From: Squalus acanthias | Taxonomy: Eukaryota | Assembly (NCBI GenBank): GCA_030390025.1 | Contig: CM059433.1 | Coordinates: 21,516,001 to 21,580,000, forward strand | Length of the DNA stretch: 64,000 nt | Reading direction: 5' to 3' | Shown here: positions 12,254-23,390 of the stretch, piece after piece | Layout: each line of letters starts with the position of its first letter | Numbering within the stretch: the stretch's first letter is position 1 | The notes under the pieces: generated by a model | Told to the model about the DNA's origin: nothing | The model's database searches: none | Seen by the model: the letters and a program-made list of their open reading frames with translations, nothing else | Position numbers and translations under genes: made by a program

Positions 12254-13359
12254 GGGCTGAATCTTAGCTCCCAAAAACGGGTGGGTTGGTGTCGAATCAG
12301 AGGTTAAAATTCAAAAAATCTGAACCCAACCCGCCTCGGGTTGTTGTTGTTGTACTTGCCCACTTCCGGTTTTAACGGAGGTGGGACAAGGGGCGGGTGA
12401 CCAATCTGCTCGTGGGAAACGGGTTGGTCATTTAAATATTATAATGAGGCTTCCTGCCTTCATTTTAACAGTCATCTATTTTTAATTCATGTCGGCCGGG
12501 TTTCCCAGGCCTCGGGAAACCCGACAGCTGAAAGGAGGTGAGAAGGGCAGAATCCATAAAGTGAGTGCCTTTACAGCACTGCTTGTGGGCCAGGAGGAGC
12601 AGGAGTGCTTCCTGCAGGCCCAACAAGCTACCCAGTAAACACCACCAACCCCCCGCGATCTGTCTGCTCCCCCCCGCCCCCGACCACCATCAGACCCCCC
12701 GACCATCATTGAACCCCCCGACCACCATCAGAACCCCCTCGATCACCATCAGAACCCCCTCGATCACCATCAGAACCCCCTCGATCACCATCAGAACCCC
12801 CTCGATCACCACCAGAACCCCCCCGAACACCATCGAAACCCGTAACCACCATTGGACACCGTACGACCACCAGCAGACACCCCACAACCACCAGCGGACC
12901 ACCCCCAAACACAATCTGCTCCCATGACCATCATCCGCTCCCCCAACGACCACCATCGGACCCCTTCGACCTCCATCGGCCCCTCTCCCCCTGACCACCA
13001 TCTCCTCCCCCGATCACCATCAGCTACCCCCAACCACCATCGGATGCCCCACCCCCCGATCACCATTGGATACCCCCCCGCCCTGCGATCGGGAACCCGC
13101 CGCGATCGGGAGCCCCACTGCCCACCCCCGCGATCGGAACCCCACCTCCAACCTGACCTCCTCGGCTGTGGCCTTGTGAAGCAGGCTTCCCCACCCGTCA
13201 AGCAGGCTGCCTGCGGGCGGGAACCTGACAGAAAAAAATTTAAAGGAGCCCGGCAGTTAAAAACTGCAGGACATTCGGGAAACCCGTTCTTCCAGGTTTC
13301 CTGACCTCATAACAGCCCCCACCCCGCATGGAATGCATCTCCAGGCTAAAGTCTAGGCC
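12254..13359. mobile_element. Harbinger-type non-autonomous element with TAA TSD and an internal C-rich minisatellite
   Basis: TAA|gggctgaatcttagc ... gctaaagtctaggcc|TAA; internal 21-bp repeats cccctcgatcaccatcagaac at ~12690-12830. Confidence 0.82.
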
Positions 13360-14129
13360 TAAGTAATGGAAATAAGTTCCAGTGGTTTCTGTTTATATAA
13401 ATTGACTGTAATGGGTTTTAATAATCATTAAAGTCAGTGTAAAAGAAATGTCTAGATTTGCTCAGACTTCGATGTAGTACTCCAAAGTAATTAGTGCCAG
13501 GTGAATCTTTTTGTTTACGACAGGCACAAAATAATTTCTCCCCAGGTGAAGTTGTAATTTAGGATAAATGGTTCTGTTTTATATAATGAAGCTCAGTTGG
13601 CTTTTAAAAAAATCTGAAGCTTGTTCTTTACACGTGCAGACTTTATTTTTAATAGTCCTTCTGTTAAAGTTAGGATAATGGATTTCTAACCACTTTTTGA
13701 GTTATTTTCACAACCTGTTCTTTTAATATTCTCCTGCTCAGTTATCTTTTTCTTTCTCCTTCAGTTTTTTCCCTTTTCCCCCATCTCTGACTGAGGGTAG
13801 AAATCACTGGTATCAGAAGGTTTGTTCATTCTCAGCCAGGTCATTCGTCACATTGAAGAAGCTGAACATCTTCCTACGGGGGAAGACCTGACCTCACATC
13901 TGAAACAGGCGTGGCTTCTTTGTGTGAGTTCTGGCAGGAGTGAGGAGGTGCGAGTTACGCTGACTACTCAGTTTCTTGCAGCTGATGAAGGAAAAGCACG
14001 AGTGCCTAGCCACAGTAAATGATCAGCCGTACGGACAAATAAGCAGAAACAGCAAATAAAAGTGCTGTGTTCCTCTTTGTGAAATGCAGATGGCATTTAT
14101 ATTTCTGACAATGGCTTTCAGTAATGTGC

Positions 14130-14269
14130 ATGATGCGGAGATGCCGGTGTTGGACTGGGGTGGACAAAATTGAGAGGTCGCACAACACCAGGTTATAGTC
14201 CAACAGTTTTATTTGAAATCAAATCAAACTGTTGGACTATAACCTGGTGTTGTGCGACCTCTCAATTTT
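14130..14269. mobile_element. Penelope terminal-repeat fragment in inverted (hairpin) configuration with a 14-bp TSD
   Basis: TSD tttcagtaatgtgc at 14116-14129 and 14270-14283. Arms 14166-14214 and 14221-14269 are reverse complements and match the Penelope end at 38213. Confidence 0.88.
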
Positions 14270-14289
14270 TTTCAGTAATGTGCCTGAGA

Positions 14290-14560
14290 GAACATAGAAT
14301 CACAGCACAGAAGGAGGCCATTCGGCCCATCGAGTCGGCGCCGGCTCTTTCGAAGAGCGATCCAGTTAGTCCCACTCCCCCGCTCTTTCTCCATATCCCT
14401 GCAGTTTTTTTCTCCTTTAAGTATTTATCCAATTCCCTTTTGAAGTTTACTATTCAATCTGTTTCCACCACCCTATCAGGCAGTGCATTCCAAATCCTAA
14501 CCGTTGCAGAAAAAAGTTTGTCCCCGTGTCGCCTCTGGTTCTTTTGCCAATCACCTCATG
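14290..14560 (-). mobile_element. CR1 3' fragment
   Basis: catagaatcacagcacagaaggaggccattcggccc..., the reverse complement of a CR1 tail. Confidence 0.75.
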
Positions 14561-14976
14561 GGCTCTTGGTTCTGTTCTGCTCGTCGTGAAGACAGCTTCC
14601 TCCACCTTTTTAACCCCAAATAAATGCCTACCATTGAATAGCAAGCTGGCAACAATGTATTGAATATTGGTTTCAATGCTCTACTGTTTGAGCTGAATAA
14701 ATTTTGGCCAATTACATTCTATGATGAACTTATCTTGGAGAGTATAGGTCTGTGCATCTGCCAATCCTTCACTATTTACACTTGAAACTTCTATGACTGC
14801 TTGGAGATCTTCAGCAACCATTGAAGTCCCCTTTGGGTTCTATAGAGCAATAGTTTTACCTGCTGAGCAGGAAGTCTTTTTGAGAGCCCTGGTAACTTGA
14901 TCATTTCCCTTATATTGACGTGGGGGATTTGAAAGTTTCCAAAAGTCTTCCTTGTTAAGGTTGTGGGACCAACCAG

Positions 14977-16626
14977 TCATTGGATGCAGTCTACATGGAC
15001 TTCAGTAAGGCTTTTGACAAAGTCCCGCATGGGAGACTGGTCAAGAAGGTAAGAGCCAATGGGATCCAGGGCAATTTGGCACATTGGATCCAAAATTGGG
15101 CAACACGGTGGCATAGTGGTTAGCACTGGTACCTCACAGCGCCAGGGACCCGGGTTCGAATCTGGCCTCGGGTGACTGTCTGTGTGGAGTTTGCACATTC
15201 TCCCCGTGTCTGCGTGGGTTTCCTCCGGGTGCTCCGGTTTCCTCCCACAGTCCAAAAATGTGCGGGTTAGGTTGATTTGGCTATGATAAATTGACCCTTA
15301 GTGTTAAGGGGGGATTAAATATGTGGGGTTATAGGGATAGGATGGGATATGTTAGGGGGAATTAAATACGTGGGGTTATGGGGATAGGGTGGGATATGTG
15401 TCGGTGCAGGCTCGATGGGGATTCTGTGTGAGAAAGCAGGGACAGGGTACTGGATTTGGATGATCAGCCATGATCGTATTGAATGGTGGAGCAGGCTCGA
15501 CGGGCCGAATGGCCTACTCCTGCTCCTAGTTTCTATGTTTCTATGTTTCTAAAATTGGCTTCGTGGCAGGAGGCAGAGGGTGATGGTCGAAGGTTGTTTT
15601 TGTGACTCGAAGCCTGTGTCCAGTGGTGTACCGCAGGGATCGGTGCTGGGTCCTTTGCTGTTTGTAGTGTACATTAATGATTTAGATATGAATGTAGGAG
15701 GTATGATCAGTAAGTTCGCAGATGACACGAAAATTGGTGGAGTGGTAAATAGTGAGGAGGGAAGCCTCAGGCTACAGGAAGATATAGACGGGTTGGTCAG
15801 ATGGGCAGAGCAGTGGCAAATGGAATTTAACCCTGAAAAGTGTGAGGTGATGCATTTTGGGAGGACTAACAAGGCAAGGGAATACACAATGAATGGTAGG
15901 ATCCTAGGAAGGACAGAGGATCAGAGGGACCTTGGTGTGCATGTACATAGATCCCTGAAGGCAGCAGGATAGGTAGATAAGGTGGTTAAAAAGGCATATG
16001 GGATACTTGCCTTCATTAGCCGAGGCATAGAATATAAGAGCAGGGAGGTTACGATGGAGCTGTACAAAACGCTAGTTAGGCCACAGCTGGAATACCGTGT
16101 GCAGTTCTGGTCGCCACACTATAGGAAGGATGTGATTGCATTGGAGAGGGTGCAGAGGAGATTCACCAGGATGTTACCTGGGCTGGAGCGCTTCAGCTAT
16201 GAAGAGAGACTGGACAGGCTGGGGTTGTTTTCCTTAGAGCAGAGAAGGCTGAGGGGGGACCTGATTGAGGTGTACAAAATTATGAGGGGCATAGATAGGG
16301 TAGATAGAAAGGAACTTTTCCCCTTAGTAGAGGGGTCAATAACCAGGGGGCATAGTTTCAAGGTAAGGGGCAGGAGCTTTAGAGGGGATTTGAGGAAAAA
16401 CTTTTTCACCCAGAGGGTGGTTGGAATCTGGAACTCACTGCCTGAAAGGGTGGTAGAGGCAGGAACCCTCACAACATTCAAGAAGCATTTAGATGAGCAC
16501 TTGAAACGCCATAGCATACAAGGCTATGGACCAAGTGATGGAAAATAGGATTAGAATAGATAGGGCTTGATGGCCGGTGCGGACACAATGGGCCGAAGGG
16601 CCTCTTTCTGTGCTGTATAACTCTAT
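14977..16626 (+). mobile_element. 5'-truncated CR1/HER1 LINE, ORF2 RT C-terminus nearly intact
   Basis: Contains SGVPQGSVLGPLLFVVYINDL, SKFADDTK and YSYEERL..LFSLE.RRLRGD. ORFs 15580-15972 and 15982-16548 share one frame split by a single stop. The 3' tail (ctctatga)n is interrupted by a MITE. Confidence 0.95.
15100..15550 (+). mobile_element. HE1-like V-SINE inserted in CR1, 8-bp TSD AAAATTGG
   Basis: tRNA head (gtggcatagtggttagc / ggttcgaatc), V-domain-like core (gtgtggagtttgcacattctccccgtgtctgcgtgggtttcctccgggtgctccggtttcctcccac) and CR1-derived tail (tttctatg)n. TSD at 15092-15099 and 15551-15558. Confidence 0.9.
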
Positions 16627-17519
16627 GGGGGAAAAATTCAGTTGCGCCCCATTTGGGGTGCAAATATCGGCCGGGCGCAAAGATTAGCGCCTGGCGCTAA
16701 TTATCGCCACCGACTGCAAACTTGACTTTTATCGCCCCTGGAGGTGATTGCAGCGCTCAATCAGGCGCTTCACACCTGTCTTAAGGCGCAAAGGCCGAGG
16801 AGCGAGGCGCTACCTCAGAGCGCTGGCGAAGCTCATGTAATGTCAGTCAGCAATGGAACGCACACACAATGGCACGGGCCAGTTCTTAAAGGGGATGGTT
16901 AATCTTGCTTTCCATCCACATCCTGCTCATTGCAGCCTTGAATCACGGCCTGGAGAGACCTGCACATCAAATGTGCTGGAAAGAACAATGGAGAGTACCA
17001 GGCAAAGAGCTCAGAGTGCAGCCCCCACAGTCTCTGCTAAATCGATACAAGGAATGGCAAATCAAAATGAACCTGCAAAGTGCTGCTCAGTACCCAAAAC
17101 TCCTTCACACAATGTTGAATCTCTCCAGAAGTCTCTCCCTCTCTCTCTCAGAATGCGTAGTTCAAAAATGGCACCAACAATAAAAGGCAGGAAGCGGTCA
17201 CCTTTAAATAGCGCTCCCCCTTTCCCTTCATGACTGCAGAACGCTCCCCTCAACCTGTCGTTGCTAGCGTCAGGCGGTAAGGCAGGGGGCGCCACTCAAT
17301 ATCCGCTCCGGGGCGATACCGGGGCGTTGCGCACTCGAGTGACGTCATGATCTGCCGGCGCAGGAGATCGCGGCGATAAAGTTTAGCGCCGCCGCAAAAT
17401 GTCTAGTTAAGTTCGCGAGCGGCGCAAACATCGCTGCGCCCGGGCGCTAGCTGCTTTGTGCCCCATTAGCGCCCTCTTAAGGCGCTAACGGGAGGCGCAA
17501 CCAACTGAATTTTTCCCCC
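16627..17519 (+). mobile_element. Harbinger-type MITE family A, copy 1 (893 bp), TSD TAT
   Basis: Perfect 18-bp TIR GGGGGAAAAATTCAGTTG / CAACTGAATTTTTCCCCC with TAT on both sides; inserted in the CR1 3' tail. Homologous copies at 60270 and 63340. Confidence 0.92.
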
Positions 17520-17603
17520 TATGACTCTATGGATGTTCTGTGATATCTGAGGTCACTGACTCTCAGCTGAAAATCTGAGTAAGAGTTGCAAGTGGTCAAA
17601 TAT

Positions 17604-18187
17604 GGGGGAATTTTAACTTCCCCTGACCGGCGGCAACTGGGTGGAGCAGGAGTTAAAATTGAGCGGGTCAATTTCCCACTCCATTCCCGCTCCGCAGCAA
17701 TTTCAACAGCCCTACTTTTTTCGGCGGCTGAGGTCGTACACAGGGCCCTGATGGTATTTTAACTGCTGACTGAGCGGGGCACCCACCGTGGCCTGCAGGA
17801 AGAAGAGGCTCTGTAAGGTAAATATTAAACTTTCTGTTATGGCTCCTCCGGCCCCCACAAAGGAAGTCTGGCGTCTGCTGCCCCAGAAACTCCCCCACAG
17901 CCCACAAGTCCCTGCTGTAACACCCCCACCTCCACAATAGATTTTTGTTAGGCAAGGGTATTGAGGGCTATGGAACCAAGGTGGGTAGATGGAGTTAAGG
18001 TACAGATCAGCCATGATCGAATTAAATGGCGGAACAGGCTCGAGGGGCCGAATGGCCTATTCCAGTTCCTATCTGACTGTCAGTCGACGGCCTCCCCGAT
18101 CTTCAACTATCAGCAGTTGGCTAGCGGGATGTTAGTGAGGCGTGGCCAATAAACTTGAGTGGGCCAATGGGGAATTAAAATTCCCCC
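17604..18187. mobile_element. Harbinger-type MITE containing a CR1 3'-tail fragment (~17935-18075)
   Basis: TIR gggggaattttaacttcccc / ggggaattaaaattccccc; the TSD is not clean. Confidence 0.7.
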
Positions 18188-18670
18188 TCAAGAATCTATC
18201 ACCCTTTTCCCATTTTCTTTACCACACATGAACACCATTCCCGGTGATCGCATCTCATGCTGAAGTGTAGGCATTGCAAATGACTCATAGTGCTTTAGCT
18301 TGTGAGTATAAAATCCCTTGATACTGGGCTACTGCTGGTATTGCAGGCACACCACTCATCGCAGTAGTAATTGCTGACCCTTTTCTGTGGCGAAGGATTT
18401 TGCCAGCTTTGGGCAGGTTTTAATAATAAGCTTTCCCCAATGTCCTTCCAAGATGGATCTGCGTGCCTTGTGATCCTGAGACTGAGAAATAGCAAGGTGT
18501 TGCAGATGTTCTTCCTGCCTGCAGAAATCAGGAAGACAAGGGATAGAAGGGAGAGACATCCAACTGAATTTCCCAGTTGCCGCCCACCCTCCCCCACCCA
18601 AAATGTGGAATGTAAGAGTGTAGATTTTAAGGGATTTACTAATGGGGAGGTGGGAGTTATAACACTCCAA

Positions 18671-19272
18671 GGGGGGAAAATTGAGTCGCGCCCCGGAAAA
18701 ATTAGTGCCCTCACGGCCGAAATTGAGTGGTAGCGCCCCAAGAGGGAAGCGGGGCGCTACTGGAAGCGCCCCGACTCCCTCTTGGAGCGCTGCGAGGGAA
18801 TATTACGGCGCTACATGCCGCGGTATTGCAGGCCTTCCTCCCCTTCTTAAAGGGGAGGGACCTTGCGCAGCGCGACCCGAGGCCCAGCTGGGCCACCGGG
18901 GATCGGAGTGCCGGCAAAAGAGCCCAGCACTCAAGAGAAGTGCCGGGCTCATGGAACGCAGCCAGCACTCCGCGGGGGTGGCAGGTAAGGAGGTCGGGGA
19001 CGGCAGCGGAGGCAGGTACTGGCAGGCGGCCAGCAACAAAAATGGCCGCCCGGCACCTCGCCTTTAAATAGCGCCGGCACCCCTGACCCCGTCAGACATA
19101 GTGTCCGGCGGTAAGTCTGGGGGCGCTCCCGAAGATCGCGGCCGGGGCGCAAGCGGGGCGCTGCGCACAGCGATGACGTCATCACCGGCGGCGCAGCACC
19201 GCGGGGTGCTAACAGTTACTGCAGCCACTAACCTCGCTAACGGGAGGCGCAAAGCAACCGACTTTTTCCCCC
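18671..19272 (+). mobile_element. Harbinger-type MITE family B, TSD CAA
   Basis: CAA|ggggggaaaattgag ... ccgactttttccccc|CAA; homologous to the elements at 23391, 43112 and 43913. Confidence 0.88.
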
Positions 19273-19308
19273 CAAATTTCCAATACTTATAACTTTGTGA
19301 CTCATAAG

Positions 19309-19633
19309 GAAGAAAGAAAGACTTGCATTTATATAGCGCCTTTCACGACCACCGGACTTCTCAAAGTGCTTTACAGCCAATGAAGTACTTTTGAAGTGGA
19401 GTCACTGTTGTAATGTGGGAAACGCGGCAGTCAATTTGCGCACAGAAAGCTCCCACAAACAGCAATGTGAAAATGACCAGATAATCTGTTTTTGTTATGT
19501 TGATTGAGGGAGAAATATTGGCCAGGACACTGGGGATAACTCCCCTACTCTTCTTCTAAATAGCGCCATGGGATCTTTTACGTCCACCTGAGAGAGCAGA
19601 CGGGGCCTCGGTTTAACATCTCATTCGAAAGAT
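19309..19633 (-). mobile_element. DeuSINE/SacSINE1-like SINE, 5'-truncated
   Basis: High similarity to 6881-7170. Confidence 0.85.
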
Positions 19634-19686
19634 GTTTATTTAATATTTGTGAAATGCTCAGTTTATGTGTATAACTGTTACAGTTC

Positions 19687-20090
19687 TAAACATTCACTCC
19701 CTCCACCACCGGCGCACCGTGGCTGCAGTGTGTACCATCTACAAGATGCAGTGCAGCAACTCGCCAAGGCTTCTTCGACAGCACCTCCCAAACCCACGAC
19801 CTCTTCCACCTAGAAGGACAAGGGCAGCAGGCGCATGGGAACACCATCACCTCCAAATTCCCCTCCAAGTCACACACCATCCTGACTTAGAAATATTTTG
19901 CCTATCCTTCATCATCGCTGGGTCAAAATCCTGGAACTCCCTCCCTAACAGCACTGTGGGAGTTCCTTCACCACGTGGACTGCAGCGGTTCAAGAAGGCG
20001 GTTCACCACCACCTTCTCAAAGGCAATTAGGGATGGGCAATAAATGCTGGCCTTGCTAGCGATGCCCACCCCAGGAACAAATAAAAAAAA
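19687..20090 (+). mobile_element. Jockey/CR1-group LINE family C, 3' fragment
   Basis: Encodes LNIHSLHHRRTVAAVCTIYKM...QRFKKAVHHHLLKGN, then aataaa and an A-tail. The same family occurs at 22553, 31962, 33735, 35220 and 50400. Confidence 0.85.
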
Positions 20091-21588
20091 TGCCGATGTT
20101 TATATTTCATCATTTAGAATGTAGTTATGCAAATCAAACTAGAGGAAGGACACATGCTCTTAGACTTCTTTACTGAAGTAAAATATGGTAATTGATGTGA
20201 ATGATGAAGTAAACAATGATGCAGTTAAGTAGCAACAGTTCTCTGTCTTGAATGTGCTTTTTATTATGTTCCTGGTATTCTCAGCCTCGTTTGCAGTCTT
20301 CGCCTACTGTAGCCTTGCTCCAGAAAATTATTGGAATCATTAGCCTCTATTCAGTTTGCCAACTCATCTTCTTGCACCATTCTCGTCTACTCTGAATAAA
20401 TCACTTCGAGTATCACTGAGTCAATCTCCAAGCGCCAGCTGCATTTTTAAAAGGTCATCAAGGTGGAAAAAGATTTGTCTCCAGGTAATTACTCCATCCA
20501 CGCTAATTCTGCAGAAACATTTGGCAGCTCATGACAGCTGGCAGTTTCATTTCATTTTACATATTTAAGGGATCAAACAAAAAAAAAATAACTTCATCAA
20601 ATGCAACTCATTGTAATCTTATGTAAATCCAGATAATTCATTCTTGATTGTAGTTCCTTGACTCTTATTTTTGGGCTTGTGCCTCTATGGCAAGCTTGCT
20701 TAATTGCTGCTGTCTCTCTGGGCTTGGTTTAAAGCTAAGATGTGTAAAGGTGAAATATCTAAGTCAATTATTTCCTGTGGAGAGAAATGTCCATGCCAGT
20801 TTAAATACAGATTCTTTAATGAGATTTTGGCTTTATTTAATTCTAATATAGAAAGTTCTTGTGGAATGCACTGGTAATCCAGTCAGTCTGTATCGTTGTG
20901 CTGCTCCTTCGAGCGTGACCTAGTGCTTCTGTTTGCCACGTTAAAAAAACACACCGGATGGGCACTCTGGCCTAGATTTTCCAATTGCATTCACCCAAAA
21001 GTGGGATTAGGCTGGATAGCTCTTTTCCGGCCAGCACAGACACGATGGGCCGAATGGCCTCCTTCTGTACCGTAAATTTCTATGATTCTATGAAAACGTG
21101 TGGCTAAATCAGGCAATCCCGATTGGGAAGTGGGGCGGAGATTGGTTAAGCCTGCTGTAATTTTCGTCATTGTTTCTGGCAACTCAGCTTCGGGCACTTC
21201 AATGCAAATGAGGCAGAAATTGCATTATGCACCCTTCATTCCTACATTTTTGTGTTATTTCTTCTCACCCATATAGAATCGGTGTCCAGCATTGCTAGGC
21301 AGTTCAAAGGTAATTTCTGACCTGTTTAATGAGATTTGTTTTTCTCTAGTCAAGCACTTTGTCTTTTGCTGTTGTGCCATCTGCTTTGGGACTACTATTT
21401 ACCATCCACTCTCTCCTCCTCCCACCCGCCCACACACACACACTCATCCAACTAGTTCACAGGGACACAATAGGTTTTCCATTGGGAATTCCCCTGTACC
21501 TTTGCTTTTTTAGAACAAGAGGACAAGTAACAGAGGGATGACAGACTGGTCAGGCCCCACTTGGAGGTTGCGCCATCTATCCATTGGT

Positions 21589-22020
21589 CCACAGAATATA
21601 CAGGCAGAGATGTAAATACCTACATTTGTTAGAGGACTGTTGCCAGTAGAGGCTTGCTTTATGCCACATGATGTAACTTGGCCTGCAATCTACATCCACT
21701 ACAGACACTGCACTGCCAGTGGCTGTCAATGTCATGACGGCCCTTAACTATTATGTAACAGGGACATTCTGGGACGCCACAAGGGATATCACGAACATTA
21801 GTCAATCAGCTGTGACCAGATACATAAGCGAGTTATGGATGCATTGTTTGCTAGAGCAAATAAATAATTTCACCTCCTTCCCCATGGATAACTGGCAACA
21901 GCAGGAGAGGGTACTGCAGTTTTACAGTGCGACAGGATTCTCAAAGGTCTAGGAATGATAGATTGCAGGATGTGGCCCCTATGTGCTCCCTTGAACATTG
22001 TGACTACCTACATCAACAGG
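21589..22020 (+). pseudogene. Second decayed Harbinger transposase fragment
   Basis: HRIYRQR...ALPVAVNVMTALNYYVTGTF..ATRDITNISQSAV...GFSKV*GMIDC parallels the 9891 relic. A C-terminal piece (HTTGMLKQCFRC) lies at ~24214-24252. Confidence 0.75.
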
Positions 22021-22552
22021 AGCAGATACCAAACAGAAAATGTCAGATACACACAGCAGTTCAGTCAGCATCTGTGCAGAGAGCAGACAGGTTTACTTTT
22101 CAGGTATGGACCTTTCAGGCAGCAACATCCTCTCTCTCATGAAGAAAGGATAGCTGTCTCTCAATCTGCAGCTTCTTTTTTTTTCATTGGTTCCTGGGAT
22201 GTGGGCGTCGCTGGCAAGGCCAACATTTATTGCCCATCCATTATGTGGCTCGGTATCAAATTTTGTTTGATCACGCTCCTGTGGAGTGCCTTAGGATGTT
22301 TTACTACGTTAAGGGTGCTATATTAATACAAGTTGTTGTTGTTGTAAATAGCAGAGGTCCTAACACTGATCCCTGCGGGACACCACTGGTAACCGGTCTT
22401 CAAGCAGATCTGAATCCATTGACTACAACTTTCTGCCTACGGGAAATCATCCAGTTCTCAATCCACTGCAGCAGATTACCACTAATTCCATAAGATTTTA
22501 TCTTGCAAAGAAGCCTCTTGAGGTACCTCATCAAAAAGCTATTTTTGAAAGA

Positions 22553-23260
22553 ATTTTTTTTTATTCGTTCCTGGGGTGTGGGCCAGCAAGGCCAGCATTT
22601 ATTGCCCATCCCTAGTTGCCCTTGAGAAGGTGGTGGTGAGCCGCCTTCTTGAACCGCTACAGTCCGTGTGGTGAAGGTACTCCCACAGTGCTGTTAGGGA
22701 GGGAGTTCCAGGATTTTCACCCAGTAATGATGAAGGATCGGTGATATATTTCCAAGTCAGGATGGTGTGTGACTTGGAGGGGAACTTGGAGGTGGTGATG
22801 TTCCCATGAAACTGCTGCCTTTGTCCTTCTAGGTGGTAGAGGTCACGGGTTTGGGAGGTGCTGCCGAAAAAGCCTTGGCGAGTTGCTGCAGTGCATCTTG
22901 TAGATGGTACACACTGCAGCCACGGTACGCCGGTGGCGGAGGGAGTGAATGTTAAAGGTGGTGGATGGGGTGCCAATCAAGCGGGCTGCTTTGTCTTGGA
23001 TGGTGTCGAGCTTCTTGAGTGTTGTTGGAGCTGCACTCATCCAGGCAAACGGAGAGTATTCCATCACACTCCTGACTTGTGCCTTGTAGATGGTGGAAAG
23101 GCTTTGGGGAGTCAGGAGGTGAGCCACTCACCACAGAATACCCAGCCTCTGACCTGCTCTTGTAGCCACAGTATTTATGTGGCTGGTCCAGTTAAGTTTC
23201 TGGTTAATGGTGACCCACAGGATGTTGATGGTAGGTGATTCAGCAATGATAATGCCGTTT
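22553..23260 (-). mobile_element. LINE family C 3' fragment
   Basis: ORF 22843-23127 HLLTPQSLSTIYKAQVRSVMEYS; T-rich tail at 22553. Confidence 0.87.
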
Positions 23261-23390
23261 GCAACCATCAGCACCGCATAACGTTCATTTACCTGGCAGC
23301 TGTCATGACGGTTTCATTTTAAGACAGTCCACTGGTCCACCACTCTTTGACCCAGAATGACAAATCTTAGTGTGGCTCCTAGGAGAATAA

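Noticed and set aside
12482..13304. Cluster of overlapping Pro/Gly/Thr-rich ORFs
   Set aside because: Artefact of the GC-skewed tandem repeat inside a MITE.
15100..15175. tRNA gene
   Set aside because: This is the tRNA-derived head of an HE1-like SINE; it continues into a V-domain and LINE tail with a TSD.
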